Shown here one piece after another: positions 1 through 8,041 of a stretch of 64,000 bases of DNA. Source of the DNA: Sphingomonas sp. (GTDB lineage Bacteria > Pseudomonadota > Alphaproteobacteria > Sphingomonadales > Sphingomonadaceae); contig NZ_DASVTL010000117.1 of assembly GCF_036387595.1 (NCBI RefSeq), forward strand, positions 18,573 to 82,572, in the 5' to 3' direction. Positions within the stretch are counted from its first letter, which is position 1, and each line of letters opens with the position of its first letter. The notes below the pieces were generated by a model. That model was given only the letters and a program-made list of their open reading frames with translations. It had not been told where the DNA came from and made no database searches. Made by a program: the position numbers and the translations under genes.

Positions 1-1
1 C

Positions 2-130
2 TATGTCAATGCTTACAGCGCGATTCCGGCGGTGCAGGCGGCGCTGGTCGCTGCCCTGACTGGCGAGGCCGCGTTCCCCGGCGTGTCGCCGGTCGATCCT
101 TTCTGTGGGCAGGCGGCCGCGCGCTTTTGA
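2..130 (+). CDS. 3' end of an upstream CDS (partial; product not assignable from 42 residues)
   Basis: Frame open from the window edge (YVNAYSAIPAVQAALVAALTGEAAFPGVSPVDPFCGQAAARF), ending at TGA 128-130. Codon usage resembles the neighbouring genes. Confidence 0.35.
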   Translation, partial: YVNAYSAIPAVQAALVAALTGEAAFPGVSPVDPFCGQAAARF

Positions 131-179
131 CGATCCCGGCCGTCCTTGCCCTCGCAGCAGCGCCCGTCACGGGTCCGAC

Positions 180-659
180 GTGGTAGAGACATCAGCCCGC
201 GCCGTCGTGCCTTTGCTGACGCATGCCTTCGATTTGATCGTAACGCTCGGACCGCCGGTCGAACTCGGTACTGTCCCCGCCGGCCGGCGGCGTTTCATCC
301 CGATTACCGGCGGTACGGTGTCCGGTCCAATGTTAAGCGGCATCGTCCTGCCCGGCGGCGGCGACCGGCAGACGATCGGCTCGGATGGCACGACCGGAAT
401 CCACGCGCGCTATGCGATGCAGGCGAGCGACGGAACCGTGGTCGAAATCGACAATCCCGGCGTGCGGGTCGCTTCGCCAGAGATCATCGCTCGGCTTGCT
501 GCCGGCGAAGTCTTGGACCCCGGTCTGTATTATTTCTGCACGACCCCGCGCTTCGCGTTGCCCGCCGGGCGGCATGACTGGCTGCGCCAGCGTGTATTCG
601 TCGCGATCGGCATGCGTCATCCGGAGATGGTCGAACTCAGGATCTATCGCCTCGACTGA
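180..659 (+). CDS. DUF3237-family small protein
   Basis: ORF 105..659. The segment VPAGRRRFIPITGGTVSGPMLSGIVLPGGGDRQ matches my memory of the DUF3237 signature. GTG at 180 gives about 159 aa; 105 is the longest alternative start. Confidence 0.7.
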   Translation: MVETSARAVVPLLTHAFDLIVTLGPPVELGTVPAGRRRFIPITGGTVSGPMLSGIVLPGGGDRQTIGSDGTTGIHARYAMQASDGTVVEIDNPGVRVASPEIIARLAAGEVLDPGLYYFCTTPRFALPAGRHDWLRQRVFVAIGMRHPEMVELRIYRLD

Positions 660-683
660 ATTCCCAGGCAGGGACCGGGGAAC

Positions 684-701
684 GGCGCAGTTCACTGCGC
701 C
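684..701 (+). terminator. GC-rich hairpin downstream of the DUF3237 gene
   Basis: GGCGCAG-TTCA-CTGCGCC forms a perfect 7-bp stem 25 nt after the stop. There is no U-tract, so its role as a terminator is uncertain. Confidence 0.3.
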
Positions 702-1040
702 TCGACACGGCCTTACCACATCCTTGTCGACGCCGGGGCTGTTCAGCGATGTCCGCCGACCCGACCTGGCGAGCTACCGGGCGGATCATATTCCGCCGAT
801 TTACGCCGATCGCCTATCCGGCGGCGAGGACAATGGCGCGATCTACATCCGTCGCGCGCGCTGAACGGGGTGCAGCTGACCGAGCCGTTCCTCGCTCGAA
901 TCCGCGATCATGAACGGCGGCGTTCTGGAACTGTGGTGGCGACGCGAGCGGCTCGATGGGGGTAGGGCTGGCTGAGGTGCCTTATCAGGTAGAGACGCGC
1001 GTTGCGCCGCGTACCGCAGCATCTTCTAGGCTTGCCCTCC

Positions 1041-1700
1041 CTAGACGAACATCGCCAGCACACCGGCTTCGGTCGGCGGGCGGGGGATCGTGAAGGCAAT
1101 CGGCTTCCAGTCCGCCGCCGCTGGACGCTGCAGGCATATGTCGAGCCATCGGCTCAGCGCAGGATAGAAGGTGATCGGTACGCCTGCGATCGGCACCAGC
1201 GTCATCACCGCCGCCACGTTGAGGTCGGCCACGGTGAAACGATCTCCGAGCAGGAACGGGCGCGTCGCCAGGTGCGAGTCGATAACGCGGAACGGGCGAT
1301 CGAGCTTGCCGCACGCCATCGTCGCCTGCGCCGGGTCACGGCCGCTTTCCGGGAAGAGCAGCAGGTTCGCCGCTGCCAGCAGCAGGGGCTTTTCCACTTC
1401 CGTTGCGACCCAGAAACTCCACTGGGTCGCGTGAGCCTCCTCGACCAGATCGCGCGGTGCGAGGGCGCCTGCGAACTTGCGCGCCAGATAGAGGTTGATC
1501 GACAGCGATTCGAAAAGCACCAGTCCATCGTCGACCAGCGCGGGAACCCGTCCGTTGGGGTTGATCGCCAGATACGCCGGTGTCCGTGTCGCACCGCCGC
1601 GAAAGTCGATGGGGACATGCTCGAACGGTAGCCCCAGTTCTTTCAGCATCCACATGACGCGGTGCGCCCGCGAGAACGGGTGGCCGTACAAGGTCAACAT
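1041..1700 (-). CDS. Glutathione S-transferase
   Basis: ORF 1041..1742. MLTLYGHPFSRAHRVMWMLKELGLPFEHVPIDF...NPNGRVPALVDDGLVLFESLSINLYL is a GST N-domain. ATG at 1700 avoids overlapping the receptor stop at 1714; the alternative start is 1742. Confidence 0.85.
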   Translation of the reverse strand: MLTLYGHPFSRAHRVMWMLKELGLPFEHVPIDFRGGATRTPAYLAINPNGRVPALVDDGLVLFESLSINLYLARKFAGALAPRDLVEEAHATQWSFWVATEVEKPLLLAAANLLLFPESGRDPAQATMACGKLDRPFRVIDSHLATRPFLLGDRFTVADLNVAAVMTLVPIAGVPITFYPALSRWLDICLQRPAAADWKPIAFTIPRPPTEAGVLAMFV

Positions 1701-1713
1701 CGTACCAGGCCCG

Positions 1714-4113
1714 TCAGAAGCGGAACCCGGTGCGAATGCCATAGGTGCGCGGCGGGCGCAGGATCACGATCGCCTGACCGATCGCGGGCTGGACGAAGCC
1801 CGACGCGCGCACCGCCTCGTCCTCGATATTCTCGATGTACGCACCGACCGACAACCGGCCGTCGTCGGTCCGGTAGGTGAGCGAGGCGTACGATACCATC
1901 GTGTCGGGCTGGAACTCGCCGGGCAGATATTCCTCCGCGACGAAGTATTCCGACTGGAGCCGCGTGCCGAGGATCGCGTCGATCCCGCCGCGCCCTGCGC
2001 CAAGCTCGAACGTCCGCTGATAGCTGGCGTTGAGCACCCATTTTGGCGTCTGCGCCAGCGGATAGCCCGCGCAGTTCACCGTTGCGAACCGCTGCCCCGA
2101 AACCGGATCGACGCCCGGCGTCTGCGGGCAGCTGACCGCCGCCCGGCTTCCCGGCGCGCCCGGCAGCGAGACGTTGTAGACGAGTTCCTGGAATTCGCTG
2201 AACACATATTGCAGGTTGACGCTCAACCGATCGTTGCGCGTCGGCCGCCAGAGCAGGTCGGCCTCGGCCCCGTAGATCTTGGCTTTGCCCGCATTTTCGG
2301 TGATGATGGAAAACCCCGCCGGGCGGATCGGCCCGAGATGGGTGATCTGCTTGTCGTTATATTTCCAGTAGAACGCCTCGACGTTGAGCTGGAGCGTATT
2401 GTCGAAGAACCGGTTCTTGGACCCAAGGGTGAATGCCCGGATCGTTTCGGGGGCGAAGGTGTTCGTGGGCAGCGAGGGATAGAAGCCACCCGCCTTAAAC
2501 CCCGTCTCCACGCTGGCGTAGAGCAACGACGCATCGCCAGCGTCGAATTCGACGCCCGCCTTGTAGGTTAGCTTGTTGAACTCGAGATCGCCAGAGAATG
2601 GCCCGGTGCATGTGCCGGCCGGAATGTTGAACGTGCCCGGCGTCGGACAGGTTTGCGCATAGAAGGCGGCCGCCGGTCCGGGGAAGCCCGCCGGAAGCGC
2701 TGGCAGGCGCGTGATGTTGACGCCCGTCTGCGACTTCTTCTCGTTGGTATAGCGAACGCCGCCCGTGGCGCGGAACCGCTCGGTCAACGGAACGGTCACC
2801 TGCCCGAAGGCCGCGAGGCTGCGAACGGGCAGCCCGGGCGAGGTCGTGATCGTCCGGGTGATCCCCTGGTTGGCATCGACGAACAAGGTCGAGTTGTCAT
2901 CGAAATAATAGCCGCCGACGACCCACTTCACCGCCGAGCCGCCGGGCGATGCCAAGCGAACCTCCACCGACGTTTGTTCCGACCGCTCGGTCGAGGTGAG
3001 CGGGAAGCCGCCGGCATAGGCCTTGAAGTCGTTGCGGGTGAACCGATACGCCGGGATCACGGTCAGGTTGGCGAATCCGGCGTCGTAATTGATCGTCGTG
3101 TTCACCCCCCATGCGTCCAGATCGACAAAGCCGTCATCCGCGATCGGCGGCAACAGCGTCGGGTTGCGTCCGCCGCTGATCCCGAGTGAGGCGTTGCGCA
3201 GGAGCGCGTTCGATTCGGGCGAGGTCGGCCCGCGATAGGGGTCGTCGTTGTCGAGGAACCCGTTCGGGGTCGAGAACACCGCGCCGGGTCCTTTGCCGCC
3301 CTGATGGATATAATCGGCGGACAGGTTGATGCTCAGGGCGTCGGTCGGCTCGAGCAATAGCTGTGCGCGGACCGCCTGTCCGATGTCGTCGAGATAGCCG
3401 TCGCTGAGATAACCGTCGCGATGCACCACTTGCGCCGCGACCCGCAGAGCCGCCTTGTCGCCGATCGGAAGATTGATCATCCCCGATGCACGAACAAGGT
3501 CATAGGTGCCGACCTCCATATCGACGTTGCCCGCGAGCGCGCCCAGCTGCGGCCGGGCGACGATCACGTTGATCGCGCCACCGGTCGCGTTGCGGCCGTA
3601 CAGCGTGCCCTGAGGGCCCTTCAGCACTTCGACGCGCTCCAGGTCGAAGAACAATCCGTTGGGCGCGGCCGAGCGGGCGAGATAGACGCCGTCGAGATTG
3701 ATCGCGACCGCGGGTTCGGAATAGATGAACGGCGCGAAATTGCCGACGCCGCGGATCGTCACCTGAGTCCCACCTGCGCCGAGCGGCGACAGCTGGAGGG
3801 CGGGGATGAGCTTGGTGAGATCCTGTGGCTGGCTGACACCGGCATTCCGGATAGCGGCGCCGTCGACCGCGCTGATCGCGAGCGCGGTCCGCTGCAGGCT
3901 TTCGGAGCGGCGCTGCGCGGTGACGACGATATCGCCGATGCCGTCGGCCTCGGGGGTCGGGATCGCACCGACCGCACCTTGCTCTGCGGCTTGCGCCGGG
4001 ACGCCCGTCGGTGCCGCGGCGTCACCTGGAGCCTGCGGCGCAGTCTGCGCGTGAACGCCAACCGATGAAAACGCCAGCGCAGCGATGCCAGCCCGTGTCA
4101 GAAATCCGTTCAT
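1714..4113 (-). CDS. TonB-dependent receptor
   Basis: ORF 1714..4233. The internal ATG at 4113 is preceded by GGAGGA and gives the signal peptide MNGFLTRAGIAALAFSSVGVHAQ. Plug motifs are IVVTAQRR and VEVLKGPQGTLYGRNATGGAINV. The C-terminus ends RTGFRF. Confidence 0.9.
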   Translation of the reverse strand: MNGFLTRAGIAALAFSSVGVHAQTAPQAPGDAAAPTGVPAQAAEQGAVGAIPTPEADGIGDIVVTAQRRSESLQRTALAISAVDGAAIRNAGVSQPQDLTKLIPALQLSPLGAGGTQVTIRGVGNFAPFIYSEPAVAINLDGVYLARSAAPNGLFFDLERVEVLKGPQGTLYGRNATGGAINVIVARPQLGALAGNVDMEVGTYDLVRASGMINLPIGDKAALRVAAQVVHRDGYLSDGYLDDIGQAVRAQLLLEPTDALSINLSADYIHQGGKGPGAVFSTPNGFLDNDDPYRGPTSPESNALLRNASLGISGGRNPTLLPPIADDGFVDLDAWGVNTTINYDAGFANLTVIPAYRFTRNDFKAYAGGFPLTSTERSEQTSVEVRLASPGGSAVKWVVGGYYFDDNSTLFVDANQGITRTITTSPGLPVRSLAAFGQVTVPLTERFRATGGVRYTNEKKSQTGVNITRLPALPAGFPGPAAAFYAQTCPTPGTFNIPAGTCTGPFSGDLEFNKLTYKAGVEFDAGDASLLYASVETGFKAGGFYPSLPTNTFAPETIRAFTLGSKNRFFDNTLQLNVEAFYWKYNDKQITHLGPIRPAGFSIITENAGKAKIYGAEADLLWRPTRNDRLSVNLQYVFSEFQELVYNVSLPGAPGSRAAVSCPQTPGVDPVSGQRFATVNCAGYPLAQTPKWVLNASYQRTFELGAGRGGIDAILGTRLQSEYFVAEEYLPGEFQPDTMVSYASLTYRTDDGRLSVGAYIENIEDEAVRASGFVQPAIGQAIVILRPPRTYGIRTGFRF

Positions 4114-4298
4114 GCCATCCTCCTCCGGCCTCAGGCCTAAGCCGATCCCTTGCGTTCCCGATCGAAGTGTCGGCAGGTTTGCCCTCGAAAGGCACCCGGA
4201 TGATCGCTTAAAATCCTGCTCCGTCATTGCCAATAAACCGTAATGCGGTCAAGCCGTATCGTGATACGGTGCAGTCTGAAATTTTTAGGAGAGCAACG

Positions 4299-4985
4299 AT
4301 GGAATTTTCGGACTGTGCCCGGCTCTTGGACCCCGCCCCTATGGCGCTGGAAATGGGTTTCGAGCGCCTGGGCGACGGCGTGCTTCACGTCGCCGCCAGA
4401 ACCGACATGCGTGGCTGCACGGGCGCCATGTTGGAATGGTGGTTCGGTTCGCGTCCCGGGACGCGCGAATACCTCTGGTGGCATCCACTGGATCATGTCG
4501 CCTCTGCTTGGTCGGAAACGCGGGAGGGCACGCACATCGGCTCGATCCATCATGCGACCGAACGCTTCACGGGGAGCGAACCGGAGCAACTCGCCATTCA
4601 GTTTCGTGAACCGGCGGAGTTCTTCGACGCCGGGGAACTCGCCGCTGCACGGGCCTCGGGTGCTGTTTCGGCGGTGATCTGCGCGCATGGTGGCCCCGGC
4701 CCGGAACCACGTCGTCGCCCGGACGGCGCGGTGATCGGCACGCGTCTGATCCATCTATGCCGCGACACGCCGTGGGGGATGGTGCTGCGCACGCACTTCT
4801 TCCTGGGCTACGATCTTCCGCGCTTGGGAATGCCAAGAGCGATGATGGACGAGCAATTCCCCGATCACCTCGCCCCGAACCTGCTTCAGCACTGCTATGA
4901 CGAGTTCACCACCCTGTCGCGCTTCCTCCCCTCTCTCTACGAAGCGGAAGCGGGCGGTGTGCGTCCGCCGCGTCGGTCGTGGTAG
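4299..4985 (+). CDS. Hydrolase, DAPG/phloretin-hydrolase-like (family call tentative)
   Basis: ORF 4227..4985. ATG at 4299 follows AGGAGA. The segment MLEWWFGSRPGTREYLWWHPLDH...HHATERF resembles the DAPG-hydrolase family from memory. I am confident it is a CDS; the product is tentative. Confidence 0.55.
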   Translation: MEFSDCARLLDPAPMALEMGFERLGDGVLHVAARTDMRGCTGAMLEWWFGSRPGTREYLWWHPLDHVASAWSETREGTHIGSIHHATERFTGSEPEQLAIQFREPAEFFDAGELAAARASGAVSAVICAHGGPGPEPRRRPDGAVIGTRLIHLCRDTPWGMVLRTHFFLGYDLPRLGMPRAMMDEQFPDHLAPNLLQHCYDEFTTLSRFLPSLYEAEAGGVRPPRRSW

Positions 4986-5129
4986 CGTCGCCGTACCCCG
5001 GACAGTAGGCAGACAGCGCACTTGGCAGGACGTTGGCAAGACAAGCCCGGCGTATGAAGTGCGTCCTGTACAAGCCAGCCGGGGGAGGCTTTTCCGCCAA
5101 TCTTGCACCGCAACGTGGGACGATATCGC

Positions 5130-6434
5130 TCAGTCCGTGACTGCGCCCATGGCGTCCGGTACATCGTCCAACTGGCCAAGAGTGCGGAAAAGGGCGCGTA
5201 GCCCATCGCGCTCGGCGGCCGTGAGATGGGGGTTCCACACGTCCAGGATCAGCACAGCCCGCACGGCGTCGCTGTCGTTCCAGGCTTCGTGCTCGATCGT
5301 GTCGTCGAAGGCAAACGCTTCGCCCTCCACCCATTCTCGCGTTTCACCCCCGACGCGAAAGCCGCACCCTGGCGGCACGATCAACGGAAGATGCACGACC
5401 GCACGCACGTTGCTGACCCCGGTATGCCCTGGAAGCCGGGCGCCAGGCTGAAGGATCGAAAAGAACGCCGTCGGCCCCTTGCCCGGCATGTCGGCCAGCG
5501 GCACCCGGTCGAGCGCTGCGGAAGTCGCCGGGCATCGCGCGCACACCTCCGCCTGTCGTTCGCCATAACGCCATAGATAGCGCGCGCTCCACGCACGCGA
5601 GCCGTCAAGCGGGGTCCATTTGTTGGTCGGCGTTCCGGGCGCCTGATCGACATAGGGCGCAAAGCCGTTGTCGGGTGCCGTCAACAACGCGTGCAACTCG
5701 CTCCGGATTGCAGGGGCGGCCGCTTCCAGTTCGTCCATCCAGGGGAAGTGCCGCCGTTCGAAGAATTCATCGGCGGGCAGGAAAGGAAAGTGCAGCCCAT
5801 GCGGCTCGTTATGGAAAACCCGTCGGCGTCCCAGCATTGCATCGACGCACGCATCGAATCGTCGCGCGTGCGTGCTCAGTTGCCGGCGTGCCTCGACCAA
5901 CCCGGTATCGATCTGGGCGCCCATCCGTGCGGCTACTACCGCAACGCGCCCGCGTGCGTGGGCGAGCAGATCGACCATCGCTTCGGAAGCGTCGGGCATT
6001 GCCTCGATCATGCTCGCGACGCCGCCCCAGCGGAATGCGGCTGCGTTTGACTCGCCCAACCGCTCGTGGAGTTCGGCAATCCGAACATTGGCCATCAAAT
6101 GCCGCTGATCGAGTGCCAGCGCGCGCTCCAAGGCAGCGCGCTCCCCGCTCGAATCGTCGGCAAGGCGCTGCGCCTTTGCCAGATTCATCCACAACGGTGC
6201 CGCGCCAGGATCGGCCGCGGCCGCACGCGCGAAGTGAGTGGCAGCGGCGAGGGGGGCATCATCCCCCAGCGCCAGCAATCCCAAAGCGTTCCATGCCGCG
6301 GCATGCTGAGGATCGCTGGCGACAATCCGCGCAAACAGCCCTGACGCTTCCGCCGGCTGTCCCGCTTGTCGTGCCGCCTCAGCTTGCCTGAGCAACGCGG
6401 CAATTTCAGGCGCGCCTGCCTTGATCTCGGTCAT
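5130..6434 (-). CDS. TPR-repeat + aspartyl/asparaginyl beta-hydroxylase-family oxygenase
   Basis: ORF 5130..6440 starts at TTG; the ATG two codons in (6434) has a GAGG upstream. The N-terminus has TPR-like repeats (AAWNALGLLAL..., APLWMNLAKAQ...). The C-terminus, PGARLPGHTGVSNVRAVVHLPLIVPPGCGFRVGGETREWVEGEAFAFDDTIEHEAWN, is typical of the Asp/Asn beta-hydroxylase (LpxO/ASPH) fold. Confidence 0.8.
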   Translation of the reverse strand: MTEIKAGAPEIAALLRQAEAARQAGQPAEASGLFARIVASDPQHAAAWNALGLLALGDDAPLAAATHFARAAAADPGAAPLWMNLAKAQRLADDSSGERAALERALALDQRHLMANVRIAELHERLGESNAAAFRWGGVASMIEAMPDASEAMVDLLAHARGRVAVVAARMGAQIDTGLVEARRQLSTHARRFDACVDAMLGRRRVFHNEPHGLHFPFLPADEFFERRHFPWMDELEAAAPAIRSELHALLTAPDNGFAPYVDQAPGTPTNKWTPLDGSRAWSARYLWRYGERQAEVCARCPATSAALDRVPLADMPGKGPTAFFSILQPGARLPGHTGVSNVRAVVHLPLIVPPGCGFRVGGETREWVEGEAFAFDDTIEHEAWNDSDAVRAVLILDVWNPHLTAAERDGLRALFRTLGQLDDVPDAMGAVTD

Positions 6435-6551
6435 CGACAAACCTCGGCTTACTGACGGCAGGGGAACTGCCGATCAACCGCCGCCGGCAACCGGCTGATC
6501 GGTCAGCGCGAATCCAACATTGCGCGCCCGCCGCGGCGCGTGCGCGACCGC

Positions 6552-6812
6552 TTAACTACCACCTTGCGGAATGCCGGCGTTGCGCTCCTGCATCTCGCGG
6601 CCGCCCGCTTGCGCGGCTTCGGAGATACGTCGCCAATCGGTGGCCGAGAAGCAGCGCTTCTTCCGAGATACCAGCGAGCCGACGACCAGGTCGGACTTGC
6701 AGATCATTTTCGGTGCGGGCGGCGCCTGCTCGGGCTTCTTTTCCTGAGCCAAGGCTGCGCCAGGTGTTGCGAGGATCGCCAGCAACAACCCCACATTCAC
6801 AAATTTCCGCAT
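6552..6812 (-). CDS. Small secreted protein (86 aa) with a Sec signal peptide and a two-Cys loop
   Basis: This is the tail of ORF 6552..7304. ATG at 6812 is preceded by AGGGAGGG. The signal peptide is MRKFVNVGLLLAILATPGAALAQ. The mature part contains ICKSDLVVGSLVSRKKRCFSATDW. Confidence 0.7.
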   Translation of the reverse strand: MRKFVNVGLLLAILATPGAALAQEKKPEQAPPAPKMICKSDLVVGSLVSRKKRCFSATDWRRISEAAQAGGREMQERNAGIPQGGS

Positions 6813-6920
6813 ATTACCCTCCCTGACGTATCGCTGCACAATATGCCCTAATGGTTTCGGAAAGTGAAGCGCACCGCGATCCAGGTTGCGGGAGCATATA
6901 TCCCCGTGCACAGAGCGGGG

Positions 6921-7943
6921 ATGATCCCGCCTCCACCCCGTGCCGGCTTGGTCGCCGGAGATCCGCTCTGGTTGCCACATCGTTATGACCCGATCGCCGA
7001 CGCGGTACATTTCCGTCACGTTTCGCGCGCGGATCACAGCGCCGCCACGTTCCTGACGGACGAGGAACTCGGCCCCGCTGCTCCCACCGTAGAGAAACGC
7101 GCGGACGCGATGACGAATGCGCCCGCCGCGGCGCCCATCCACTTCATCTTCCACTCGGCGTTTTGCGGCTCGACCCTGCTGGCGCGTGCCCTCGATATCG
7201 AGGGCGTGGCCATGGCGTTGAAGGAACCAGTGATCCTCAACGATCTCGTCGGCTGGCGGCATCGCGGCGGCGATACACGGCAGATCGCGCGCACCCTCGA
7301 TCATGCGATGGCGCTGCTTGCCCGTCCCTTCACGCCGGGCGAGTCGGTGATCGTCAAGCCTTCGAACGTCGTCAACGCCTTCGCCCCCGCCATGTTGGCG
7401 ATGCGGCCGACATCCGGCGCGCTGCTGCTGTACGCACCCCTCGAAACCTATGTCGCGTCGATAGCGAAGAAGGGCATGTGGGGGCGTCTATGGGTGCGCG
7501 ACCTGCTCATCAAGCAGATCAAGGACGGGTTGATCGATCTGGGGTTCACGCAAGACGATTACCTTGCCCACACCGATCTGCAGGCCGCAGCGGTCGGGTG
7601 GGTTGCGCAACATGCGCTGTTCGCGCGGCTGATAGAAGCGCATGGCCCGCACCGCATTCGGACACTCGACAGCGAAACGCTGGTTGCGCAGCCGGAGCGC
7701 GCGATGGCGGCGCTGGCCGACCTATATGGGCTGACGCTCGACGCTGCAGCCGTCGCGTCCGGCCCGGTCTTCACCCGACATTCCAAATTCGGGACCGTGT
7801 TCGGGGCGTCCGAGCGTGAGGCCGAACATCGCGCTGCCATCGAGGCGCATGGCGACGAAATTGAAAAGGTGGTGATCTGGGCGCAGGCAGTCGCCCGCGC
7901 TGCCAATGTGTCACTCGATCTGAAAGTGCCGCTGCTCGCGTGA
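6921..7943 (+). CDS. Hypothetical protein, possibly a P-loop sulfotransferase-like fold
   Basis: ORF 6864..7943 starts at GTG 6864; ATG at 6921 is the alternative. The HFIFHSAFCGSTLLARAL segment resembles the PAPS-binding loop of bacterial sulfotransferases. I do not recognise the rest of the protein. Confidence 0.6.
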   Translation: MIPPPPRAGLVAGDPLWLPHRYDPIADAVHFRHVSRADHSAATFLTDEELGPAAPTVEKRADAMTNAPAAAPIHFIFHSAFCGSTLLARALDIEGVAMALKEPVILNDLVGWRHRGGDTRQIARTLDHAMALLARPFTPGESVIVKPSNVVNAFAPAMLAMRPTSGALLLYAPLETYVASIAKKGMWGRLWVRDLLIKQIKDGLIDLGFTQDDYLAHTDLQAAAVGWVAQHALFARLIEAHGPHRIRTLDSETLVAQPERAMAALADLYGLTLDAAAVASGPVFTRHSKFGTVFGASEREAEHRAAIEAHGDEIEKVVIWAQAVARAANVSLDLKVPLLA

Positions 7944-7970
7944 CGCGCGCCTTGCGAATTACTTCACGCA

Positions 7971-8004
7971 AATAAAAAGGGGGCGGGCACGCATGCCCAC
8001 CCCC
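7971..8004 (-). terminator. Rho-independent terminator of the large TonB receptor gene (hairpin shared with the convergent + strand gene)
   Basis: The minus strand reads GGGGTGGGCA-TGCG-TGCCCGCCCCC followed by TTTTTATTT, about 38 nt after the stop at 8042. Confidence 0.7.
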
Positions 8005-8041
8005 ATTCAGATGCTCGCCTTCCGAAGAAGGCGTGCCCAGC

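Noticed and set aside
724-864. A serine-recombinase-like motif IYADRLSG, considered for a pseudogene feature.
   Set aside because: The similarity is limited to about 10 residues recalled from memory. No catalytic Ser region or downstream motifs are present. I kept it only as a low-interest note in the findings.
891-905. A TCGAATCC string resembling a tRNA T-loop, possibly a tRNA or att-site remnant.
   Set aside because: The flanking bases do not form a T-stem or an acceptor stem, so no cloverleaf can be drawn.
4114-4233. The long N-terminal extensions implied by the maximal ORFs. Examples are 1714..4233, 8042..11428, 12020..13201, 23207..24616, 35985..37598 and 59766..61652.
   Set aside because: In each case an internal start with an RBS yields a proper signal peptide or the canonical family N-terminus. 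These internal starts also remove overlaps with neighbouring genes. The extensions have non-coding-like composition.
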